64,000 nt of DNA from Escherichia coli. Its GTDB lineage: Bacteria > Pseudomonadota > Gammaproteobacteria > Enterobacterales > Enterobacteriaceae. Shown here piece after piece: positions 56,717 through 64,000 of this stretch. Location of the stretch: the NCBI GenBank assembly GCA_005400705.1, contig GCA_005400705.1_4079.1. One strand, written 5' to 3'. A model generated the notes under the pieces. It searched no databases. It had not been told where the DNA came from and saw nothing but the letters and a program-made list of their open reading frames with translations. The position numbers were made by a program, and so were the translations under genes. Every line of letters begins with the position of its first letter. The stretch's first letter is position 1.

Positions 56717-57283
56717 ATGGTCAAATCTTTATTACCGCCACCAAAACGTCACAAAATCAAAGAAATGAAAGAACAACGTACATTAAAGATGTACATCAAT
56801 TTAGTTAAGTTACTGTGTAAAAGTCCATCGCTCAAAGCAGAGTTTAAAACTGATGATGACCGCAAAGCACTAATTGAGATGAAGTATATGCTCAGTAAAA
56901 TGTCCTTTTACAAATTTGTAAAAGAATACGCATCTGACCCATTTAGTCCTCGTTGGAGAGCCAAACCAAGAGAGTATTTTTACGGTGGTTCATATACGGA
57001 TATCATTCAAGACACAGTGATGGGAGTTGAATTTGAAATCGATTATGATCCGAATGGTGTGGAAAGCTGGCCGATTGAGAAACGTTTACCAAGTGAAGAA
57101 GAAATTTATGTTTATGCAAGAAAACTTTCAAATTTCAGTTCAAGAATTACTCTAGGCAATTTAGATTCATTTATTATTTTCTATACACGTGTTGGTGTAG
57201 ATAAAATGGTAACTAAACTCAATGAACTTTCATTACAACAAAAACAGATTAATGCATACAAAGACATTACTGATTTATACTAA
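56717..57283 (+). CDS. hypothetical protein, first of three tandem paralogs
   Basis: GGAGGAAATTATG; shared block KSPSLKAEFKTDDDRKALIEMKYMLSK. Confidence 0.55.
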   Translation: MVKSLLPPPKRHKIKEMKEQRTLKMYINLVKLLCKSPSLKAEFKTDDDRKALIEMKYMLSKMSFYKFVKEYASDPFSPRWRAKPREYFYGGSYTDIIQDTVMGVEFEIDYDPNGVESWPIEKRLPSEEEIYVYARKLSNFSSRITLGNLDSFIIFYTRVGVDKMVTKLNELSLQQKQINAYKDITDLY

Positions 57284-57289
57284 TGAGGA

Positions 57290-57811
57290 ATGGATATGTT
57301 TTTTGGATCAGTTGGAAAACAAAACAGTACTTTAATTTGGCATGAAATTATCTTTAAAATTATATCTAAAAGCTACTCACTAAAGGATATTATTACCACA
57401 GATAATGATAGACGTATCCTGTTAGATGCAAAATATAAATTGAGCAAACACCCTTTACTTTCTTTAATCATTGATTACGTTAATGATTATGAATCTAGTC
57501 GTTGGAAGTGGGAAGACGGCGGTTTATTTCGTGGAAAAACATTCTACGGTGCGGAACGATATGTTTTCAGTGATACATCAAATGGCGTTAAGTTTGCTAT
57601 TAGAAACTTTAACTCCAAAGAAAATGATTATCTTGAAAGTGGAGTGAAAGTATATATCGATAATAATAGCAATGTACTAACATATGACGAATCACTAATT
57701 ATGTTACAAATAATGCGTGGAGTTGAAGGTGTAAGAAACAACCTTACTAAATTGAAAATCCAGCAAAATGATATACATAATAGACAGAAAATTAAGGGTT
57801 TATATAAATGA
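57290..57811 (+). CDS. hypothetical protein, second of three tandem paralogs
   Basis: shared block KSYSLKDIITTDNDRRILLDAKYKLSK; start 57290 or 57296. Confidence 0.5.
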   Translation: MDMFFGSVGKQNSTLIWHEIIFKIISKSYSLKDIITTDNDRRILLDAKYKLSKHPLLSLIIDYVNDYESSRWKWEDGGLFRGKTFYGAERYVFSDTSNGVKFAIRNFNSKENDYLESGVKVYIDNNSNVLTYDESLIMLQIMRGVEGVRNNLTKLKIQQNDIHNRQKIKGLYK

Positions 57812-58317
57812 TTTCATTTTTCAAAAAGAAACAAAAAGTTGATGAAACCGGATTAGAATCGTTTCTGTGGACTCTTATCATCAAAAAAAGCCCATTGATG
57901 AAAGAATATGCTATCAATGATGCTAATAGAAAAACTATCATTGAATACAAATATGAATTATCTAAATGTGATCCAATTGTTTATCACTTTGCGAAGTACT
58001 GTTCAAAAAATTTATCGGATATCACAATCGACCACGAGTCAGTCCCGATGAGTTTTCCTTATGGTGATTGGGTAGATACTTTTGATATTTTTGATGGGTC
58101 AAATGGTTTCAGTTTCTTTTACTCGTCAAATAAAGCAAATGTTCGTATTAAAACAGACATAGGTTGGACACAGCATAGCTCAAATAAAGAAGATTATAAT
58201 TTATTAGCTGACGTATACCGAAGTGTGAAGAATTCAAAGGATATTGATGAAAGAATTAAAAAGCAAAATCGTATATCTTTATCACTTGAAACATACAAGT
58301 CAAAGTATGGTGGTTAA
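57808..58317 (+). CDS. hypothetical protein, third of three tandem paralogs
   Basis: shared block KKSPLMKEYAINDANRKTIIEYKYELSK; ATGA overlap. Confidence 0.5.
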   Translation: MISFFKKKQKVDETGLESFLWTLIIKKSPLMKEYAINDANRKTIIEYKYELSKCDPIVYHFAKYCSKNLSDITIDHESVPMSFPYGDWVDTFDIFDGSNGFSFFYSSNKANVRIKTDIGWTQHSSNKEDYNLLADVYRSVKNSKDIDERIKKQNRISLSLETYKSKYGG

Positions 58318-58319
58318 CT

Positions 58320-58721
58320 ATGACTACAGTTGATGATATCTATAGCACTATACGCAATATGAGTACAGATAGAAAAGTATTTGGCGATAAAGAAAAATCT
58401 AAGTGTTATGGTATTGATTCTTTTGATATAATTTCTTATGAGTACAATACAAGTGGAAATAGTTCACTGAATATCGTCTGTCCTCGTGACCCAGAAAATA
58501 ATTTTATGTATGTTGAAATTAATAATGATGGAATGTTTTTTACAAAAGTTTTCAAAGGTGGAATTAATTACGAACCTATTGAATGTATGAATGAAGAAAC
58601 TTTCTTTCAAGAAGATACAATTATCAATTTAGGTTTTAGTTTTGATGATTATAAAACATTAGAACATGACTTTAATCGTTATTATAATGGTTTCTTAAAG
58701 GAGTTAACAATTTATCTATGA
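58320..58721 (+). CDS. hypothetical protein (133 aa)
   Basis: ORF track. Confidence 0.5.
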   Translation: MTTVDDIYSTIRNMSTDRKVFGDKEKSKCYGIDSFDIISYEYNTSGNSSLNIVCPRDPENNFMYVEINNDGMFFTKVFKGGINYEPIECMNEETFFQEDTIINLGFSFDDYKTLEHDFNRYYNGFLKELTIYL

Positions 58722-59950
58722 ATAACCAATATATTGAACAAACAATAGTGAAACACTTGGCTGGGTCACAAGCCTACGGAACCAGTACACCTGAAAGTGA
58801 TACTGATTATCGTGGTATTTTTCTTGCTAATAAAGAATTTATTCTTACACCCTTCTATAAGGTCAAAGAGGTAGCTGATAAAAGCGAAGAAGATACTAAA
58901 TTCTATGAGTTGAATCAGTATTTAAAATTATACACTGAAGCTAACCCTAATATTCTTGAATCACTTTGGGTTGAACCTGAACACATTGTTGAAAGTACTG
59001 AAATTTATGACTATCTTCGTTCATTTAACCAAAAACTTCTTAGTTCCAAGATTGCATTTTCATATACTGGTTATGCATATAATCAGATTAAGCGTATGAC
59101 AAATCATCACGGTTGGATGGATAAAGAGCGTATTGCTGAAAAACGATTAAATGAGATTTTAGAAGAACACCCTGTCGATGAGGTTCTTGCGTGGATGTAT
59201 GATTCATTCCCACAGTATCTTGTTGAACGTTTAGATACATCCAACTTACATCCATTTAATGCTAAAAAGATTGATTTTGAAAAATATATGCGTGATACAT
59301 CATTGCAGTTAGTTTCGAAAAATCCATTAAAGCAATATCATTTCGTAAGATTAGTGCATAACTACACTACTGAAAAAATTCTTGATCGTGATTTCAATTT
59401 ATTGAATTTTAATAATGGTTATGAACTAATTCATTACGGAGAAAACATTTTTGCGATTGTTAAGAATCCTAATGAAAGCACTATTAACCATGATGGTTCA
59501 TTGCGTTATTTTTCAAAAGAACGTAGTACTGAAGAGTTGAAAACCAAACCAGAACTAATTGTAAAATTTAACGAAAAAGAATATCAGGAGAATAGTGAGA
59601 ATAGGAAAAGTTATCATAAATGGAAAGAAAATCGTAATGCCAAACGTGCTATTTTAGAATCACAACACGGATACGATTGTAAACATGCTATGCACACAAT
59701 CCGACTTTTGAATAGTGCAGAAGAAGCATTACAAAGTGGAATTATTCAAGTTAAACGACCAGATGCACAAATGTTGATGGATATTCGTAATGGTAAATGG
59801 AAGTATGAAGAAGTATTAGAATATTTCGATGATAAAGTACAATACATTCGTGATGTTCTATATAAGAAATCAGTACTTCCTAAAAAACCAAACATCAAGT
59901 TAGCATCAAAAATTATCATTGATATTAGAGAAATGCAATGGTATAAGTAA
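58718..59950 (+). CDS. Pol-beta-superfamily nucleotidyltransferase-domain protein (410 aa)
   Basis: N-terminal GSQAYGTSTPESDTDYRGIF = G[SG]x9-13Dh[DE]h nucleotidyltransferase signature; ATGA overlap. Confidence 0.55.
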   Translation: MNNQYIEQTIVKHLAGSQAYGTSTPESDTDYRGIFLANKEFILTPFYKVKEVADKSEEDTKFYELNQYLKLYTEANPNILESLWVEPEHIVESTEIYDYLRSFNQKLLSSKIAFSYTGYAYNQIKRMTNHHGWMDKERIAEKRLNEILEEHPVDEVLAWMYDSFPQYLVERLDTSNLHPFNAKKIDFEKYMRDTSLQLVSKNPLKQYHFVRLVHNYTTEKILDRDFNLLNFNNGYELIHYGENIFAIVKNPNESTINHDGSLRYFSKERSTEELKTKPELIVKFNEKEYQENSENRKSYHKWKENRNAKRAILESQHGYDCKHAMHTIRLLNSAEEALQSGIIQVKRPDAQMLMDIRNGKWKYEEVLEYFDDKVQYIRDVLYKKSVLPKKPNIKLASKIIIDIREMQWYK

Positions 59951-60027
59951 CATACATGAGTATAATGGTACTAAAAATGCCATTATACTCGATAAATACT
60001 CAATATAAATTAACGCAAGGATTAAGT

Positions 60028-60156
60028 ATGGCACAACAAATTTTCACAGATATCCACACTACCGGAGTTATTAAATTTCAAAATAATTTTTCAGGTGCAA
60101 CTGGTGTAGACATTAAAAATGATGGTTTTAACATTGTCAGTACTCGGATCTATTGA
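60028..60156 (+). CDS. short ORF, possibly the N-terminal part of a frameshifted gene continuing at 60119
   Basis: AAGGA 7 nt upstream of ATG 60028; TATAAATT late-promoter-like site at 60005; ORF-track variant starts at 59956. Confidence 0.3.
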   Translation: MAQQIFTDIHTTGVIKFQNNFSGATGVDIKNDGFNIVSTRIY

Positions 60157-60655
60157 TGGTGAAGATAGTTCTCTTAGTGATTCTGTGATTGCATCATTCG
60201 GAACTAATAAAAACAGTTCTTTTATTATATCTGGATGGACTGGAATGACTGATTCTGAAAATAATGTTAAGATAAAAGCTAAATCTACTAACGAGAATCA
60301 TGAAACAGAATGGGTAACATTATATGATAGTGCAAGTAATAAGTTATATAATGTACTAAGTTCTAATAACATTTTAATTAATCCACTGTCGGGTAATGCT
60401 GTTTTTAATATTAATTTATCTGATAGAAATACTACTATTTCGATTGGTGCGGCTCCTACTGAAGTTTATTCAATTACCATCCTATTAACACAACAAACAG
60501 GTTCAAACCTAGTTAATTGGGGTTCTAATGTTAAATGGTCATATAACAGACCAGTTGTTCTTTCTTATGAAATTGGTGAAAAAGATATTATTTCATTAGA
60601 AACATATGATAAAGGAGTTACATGGTACGGTGCATTAATTAGAGCAGGAGTATGA
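60119..60655 (+). CDS. probable virion structural protein (Ser/Asn/Thr-rich)
   Basis: ORF track; start overlaps upstream ORF by 38 nt in a different frame. Confidence 0.45.
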   Translation: MMVLTLSVLGSIDGEDSSLSDSVIASFGTNKNSSFIISGWTGMTDSENNVKIKAKSTNENHETEWVTLYDSASNKLYNVLSSNNILINPLSGNAVFNINLSDRNTTISIGAAPTEVYSITILLTQQTGSNLVNWGSNVKWSYNRPVVLSYEIGEKDIISLETYDKGVTWYGALIRAGV

Positions 60656-60656
60656 T

Positions 60657-63446
60657 ATGTTAAACAATAATATTGATAATATTGTACAACTTCTTTATGG
60701 GCATCACAAATTTATTGAAAGAAATACTGGTGATACAATAGACCCAACAGTACAACATTATGTGGTGAACAATCAGGGTGTTTTGGCGAACAACCGTCAT
60801 TTTATTAACTATTCTGCAATGGAAGGTCAACCAAACGGTGACGGAACAACAGAAGGTCAAAGTCTATTAATTTTAGGATACATTTATGCGTATCTGGCAA
60901 CAAATGATCCAATGTTTTTAGATAAGGCAAAGTGGTATTGGGACGCATATCATCAGTACTTTTATGCTGGACGTGAATTACCAGATCCACCTACACCACT
61001 ACAATGTAACTGGATAGTTAATGCCAAAGAACCTATATTGGCTAACTGGCCTTTAGCTGATGATGGCTGGCCCACACATGGTGGTTTCAAGGGTGTAGAA
61101 TTTACATTTACAAATGGACAATGTAAAATACCACATGGTGCACCTTATTATGGTCAGTTCTTGGATAAAGTAACATTTGCATTCAAAGGTGCTTTAGCAT
61201 GGAACCAAATAAATGCGTCAGTAAAAGCATTATTACCAGATGGTAGTGTTGATTGGGATACACCAGGTGAACAATATGATGTTGACTGGATTATCGATTT
61301 CATGGGTAGAAAAATCGACTGGGATGGTAATATTTTAGCAGAAGGTTTTGACGAATCTGAAAAAGGAACTGTTCAATTAAAGAATACAACAATTAATGGT
61401 GTATATAAATTAAATTTTGCAAATCGTCAACCAGTAGAATATGGTGGTGTGATAATTCAACGAAATGAAATGCAACACAACCGCCCTCTTCATGTTCCAA
61501 TTGATTTGGAATTTGCTGATAACGCATCAGATGCAGAATTATGGTTTAGTGATGCTTCTTATTTGTTATATAAAATAACAAAAGAAAGAAAACATTATTT
61601 GGGTTGGAAATGTTCACTACTAACGTGTTATGCTTATGGTGATATTGACTCCAGAGATAAATTTTTCAGACAAAGTACAATTGTAACCACACCATTCACT
61701 GATGGTATTTCCTATGAATATTTTTATCCTAGTGATGCTATTGCTAAGTTTGGTAGAAATTCTCTAGGATATATTACTATCAGGCAAGACCAAAGTGCAC
61801 AAAGTACTATGGAACAACAAGCTATTTGGTTCAGGGTCAATGCTGATTCTAAATTACTTGTAGACTATGGTGGTGTATGTGATGATGGTAAGCCGTTATC
61901 ATTTAAACCAGTACTGGAATTGTCAAAAACAAAAAATGACCATGATGTTGTTCGTTATCGTTGTGGCTTACCGGAAAGTAAAGACCAAAATATCACACAT
62001 TCATTAACACCTTTAAGTGCATTTGTTAGAGAAAAGAAAGCAGATGGTTCCCCTTATATAATTGCTGATAGTAGAATTGTTGTTCCTTATGGTGCAGCTA
62101 CATCCGAAATGATATATAGTACTGATATATTAGTTACACGCCGAGATACCATTAATCAGTTAGTTTGTGGTGAAGATGATGGTGCTGTTATTGGATTTTG
62201 GCTATTAGCAACAAATAAGTCTGAAGTTAAATCTTTTACATATCGTTCATATGAAGATGATTACAATATAAGAATTGTAGATGATAATGGTTGGAGATGG
62301 TGGTGGATGATTCCTGCAACACACGGGGAATGGACTACAATCACACTAAGTTCCGATACATTACGTTTATCTGGGTATCAGCCAAATCATCCAAGTTCTG
62401 ACCCAAGACCAGATGCACCAGTTTATAGTGAGCTAGAAGATATTACTATTTTACCTGATACAACCCCAGTAGATGGTGTTGCTGCAATAATTGATTGGTA
62501 TTGTATTAATGACATTCCAGAATTATATACGGATGCTGATGGTGATGACTATACTATGACATTTTCAATAACAATTGCAGGTGAATCACCATATACTGCA
62601 CAGTTAGGGGATTGTGTAATCAAAGATTATTTGTTAAACTCATTGCATTACACACCAGGAACAATACCATTTTCTAACATCACTGACCCGTATGCGAACC
62701 AGTATTCAGGATGGCGTGGTTTACCGTATCCAGGTTATCAATATCCTGTGATATATTGTTTTAAAGACCAGCCAGTAGATAACACACGCTTAGGAAACAT
62801 GTTAAGCTTTATGAAAGATTCCCAAACATGGTTTACTCAACAATTCGGTACTGTTGGTCCGTGTGCACAAGCATATGTTTGGAACCGCTGGGATAACTTA
62901 AAGTATGGTGAACCAGATACATTTACTATGCTACATTGGGGTGATCAAGCATGGAGTGGGTATGAACCACGTGCGTTCTTTGGGGCTGCCAGAGCATGGC
63001 AAGAACTCGCAGAGAGAGGAATTGAACCACCAGCAGATCTTGTTGAATTTTGTGAGAATTGGATTCACTTTTTAATTCAATTTCAAAAAGATAATGATGG
63101 TCGTTCACCAACAATCTTCAATAAAGATGGCACAGTTGAAGGTCCAGATTGGGACTTTACGGGTCATATGTGTGGGTTGTGGTTAGCTGGGGCTTGTGCT
63201 GCTGGGTTGGCTGGATGTAAAATAGAAGGTCTAACAACACTCGCTGATAACTTAGTTCTCGAACTTCAAAAGAATTATGTTATTGTAAATCCAGGTTCAC
63301 CAATGAATGGTTCATGGAGTCCAGCAGTTAGAGAAGGTACTGATAATGGTATGTTTTTTGGTTTCTGGGCAGGTGAGAATATGCGTGGATTGGGATTATA
63401 CTCAATGTACCGCTTAAACACACCAAATCGTTTCCGTGATTTATAA
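60657..63446 (+). CDS. large Trp-rich protein (929 aa); possible carbohydrate-active or tail-associated protein
   Basis: GCAGGAG before ATG; C-terminal third is Trp/Gly/aromatic-rich in a way reminiscent of glycoside-hydrolase toroid domains; weak inference. Confidence 0.5.
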   Translation: MLNNNIDNIVQLLYGHHKFIERNTGDTIDPTVQHYVVNNQGVLANNRHFINYSAMEGQPNGDGTTEGQSLLILGYIYAYLATNDPMFLDKAKWYWDAYHQYFYAGRELPDPPTPLQCNWIVNAKEPILANWPLADDGWPTHGGFKGVEFTFTNGQCKIPHGAPYYGQFLDKVTFAFKGALAWNQINASVKALLPDGSVDWDTPGEQYDVDWIIDFMGRKIDWDGNILAEGFDESEKGTVQLKNTTINGVYKLNFANRQPVEYGGVIIQRNEMQHNRPLHVPIDLEFADNASDAELWFSDASYLLYKITKERKHYLGWKCSLLTCYAYGDIDSRDKFFRQSTIVTTPFTDGISYEYFYPSDAIAKFGRNSLGYITIRQDQSAQSTMEQQAIWFRVNADSKLLVDYGGVCDDGKPLSFKPVLELSKTKNDHDVVRYRCGLPESKDQNITHSLTPLSAFVREKKADGSPYIIADSRIVVPYGAATSEMIYSTDILVTRRDTINQLVCGEDDGAVIGFWLLATNKSEVKSFTYRSYEDDYNIRIVDDNGWRWWWMIPATHGEWTTITLSSDTLRLSGYQPNHPSSDPRPDAPVYSELEDITILPDTTPVDGVAAIIDWYCINDIPELYTDADGDDYTMTFSITIAGESPYTAQLGDCVIKDYLLNSLHYTPGTIPFSNITDPYANQYSGWRGLPYPGYQYPVIYCFKDQPVDNTRLGNMLSFMKDSQTWFTQQFGTVGPCAQAYVWNRWDNLKYGEPDTFTMLHWGDQAWSGYEPRAFFGAARAWQELAERGIEPPADLVEFCENWIHFLIQFQKDNDGRSPTIFNKDGTVEGPDWDFTGHMCGLWLAGACAAGLAGCKIEGLTTLADNLVLELQKNYVIVNPGSPMNGSWSPAVREGTDNGMFFGFWAGENMRGLGLYSMYRLNTPNRFRDL

Positions 63447-63477
63447 CTTGACATAGAAAAAGTAATTATGTATAATT

Positions 63478-63507
63478 AGAGAACTTCATATGGAGTTCTC
63501 TTTTTTA
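63478..63507 (+). terminator. rho-independent terminator
   Basis: stem AGAGAACT...AGTTCTCT followed by TTTTTT. Confidence 0.75.
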
Positions 63508-63519
63508 TAAGGTGATAAA

Positions 63520-63939
63520 ATGTTAAATGAACGTATTAAAAATGCACTACATGTATTGAACCAAGAAGTTAATTCTATCGATAAAAGTACTGACCGTTAT
63601 AAAGTAATGCATGAAATCAAACAAGAATTGGAATCTATTAATAAGGGAGAATGGTGGTATCTTCAGCCCGAATATCAAACTCGTGAATTAAACGATGTTG
63701 AAAAAGAAATTGTCAAATTCATCACTACTCGTTACTGTGATACATCAGAGAATGATGTATCAGCGAACTTCAATCTTACTAAATTGGAAGTAGAAGAAAA
63801 ATTCAATTTTGATTGGCTTGATTGGCTTGAAATGGTGATGGAACTAGAAGAAAAATTCAATGTTGAAGTTGATGAAAAGTTCGAGAATAATGAAACTAAG
63901 CTGTATGAACTAGCAGAACATATTCAAAACATGTTGTAA
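63520..63939 (+). CDS. hypothetical acidic protein (139 aa)
   Basis: ORF track; contains near-duplicated EEKFNFDW / EEKFNVEVDEKFE segments. Confidence 0.5.
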   Translation: MLNERIKNALHVLNQEVNSIDKSTDRYKVMHEIKQELESINKGEWWYLQPEYQTRELNDVEKEIVKFITTRYCDTSENDVSANFNLTKLEVEEKFNFDWLDWLEMVMELEEKFNVEVDEKFENNETKLYELAEHIQNML

Positions 63940-64000
63940 ACCTATACAATTGTATGCTCTAAATAATATCATCAACTATAGGAGATATTATTATGAGTAT

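Noticed and set aside
1998-62000. Short ORFs nested within or antisense to longer + strand genes (e.g. 1998-2186, 3407-3610 -, 10568-10891 -, 15837-16076 -, 21139-21456 -, 24447-24740 -, 29560-29937 -, 40086-40394 -, 45993-46178 -, 53002-53199 -, 60660-60860 -)
   Set aside because: They overlap better-supported genes with recognisable motifs or Shine-Dalgarno sites, lack ribosome-binding sites, and have low-complexity translations typical of chance frames in AT-rich DNA.
1-64000. CRISPR arrays
   Set aside because: No run of regularly spaced direct repeats seen; the only abundant repeat is the dispersed AGTACT palindrome, which has no regular spacing.
1-64000. AGTACT enrichment as a LexA or known operator site, or as simple codon bias
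   Set aside because: CAGT/ACTG half-sites do not match the LexA CTGT-N8-ACAG or Cheo-box consensus, and occurrence in three reading frames argues against pure codon preference; left as an unexplained motif.
1-64000. Integrase, transposase or IS elements
   Set aside because: No tyrosine or serine recombinase or DDE transposase motifs recognised; the only mobile-element-type gene is the GIY-YIG endonuclease.
63993-64000. Gene start at the very end of the window
   Set aside because: GGAG plus ATG at 63993 suggests a start, but only 8 nt fall inside the window, too little to support a call.

Overview
The window reads as a contiguous segment of a large, AT-rich, T4-like (T-even-type) myovirus genome. 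Coding is almost entirely on the + strand, with short or overlapping gene junctions (ATGA-type stop/start overlaps) and Shine-Dalgarno motifs before most starts. Recognisable genes by direct motif reading: RNA ligase 1 (rnlA) and polynucleotide kinase/phosphatase (pseT), a GIY-YIG homing endonuclease, a Dam-like N6-adenine methyltransferase, an HxGH nucleotidyltransferase (NMNAT-like), a Ser/Thr phosphatase, ATP-dependent DNA ligase, a metallophosphoesterase, ClpP, dCMP deaminase, a second small CDA-fold deaminase, PIN-PhoH, and anaerobic ribonucleotide reductase nrdD/nrdG. A TATAAATA late-promoter-like site at ~50565 precedes three paralogous tail-fibre-like genes. Most other ORFs are hypothetical and fall into paralog families. 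Main second-look items: (1) strong over-representation of the palindrome (T)TCAGTACTGA(A) across genes in all three reading frames; (2) an operon-like block encoding a signal-peptide ClpP-class protein, an HslV/proteasome-beta-like Ntn hydrolase, a Sir2 sirtuin, a Nudix-like hydrolase, a receiver-like protein and PIN-PhoH; (3) a GC-rich ORF-free island (~9400-9935) that may be a structured RNA; (4) an early-expressed Pol-beta-type nucleotidyltransferase with tandem paralogs upstream. All calls come from reading the sequence and ORF track; no database search or computation was run, and motif counts are manual estimates.
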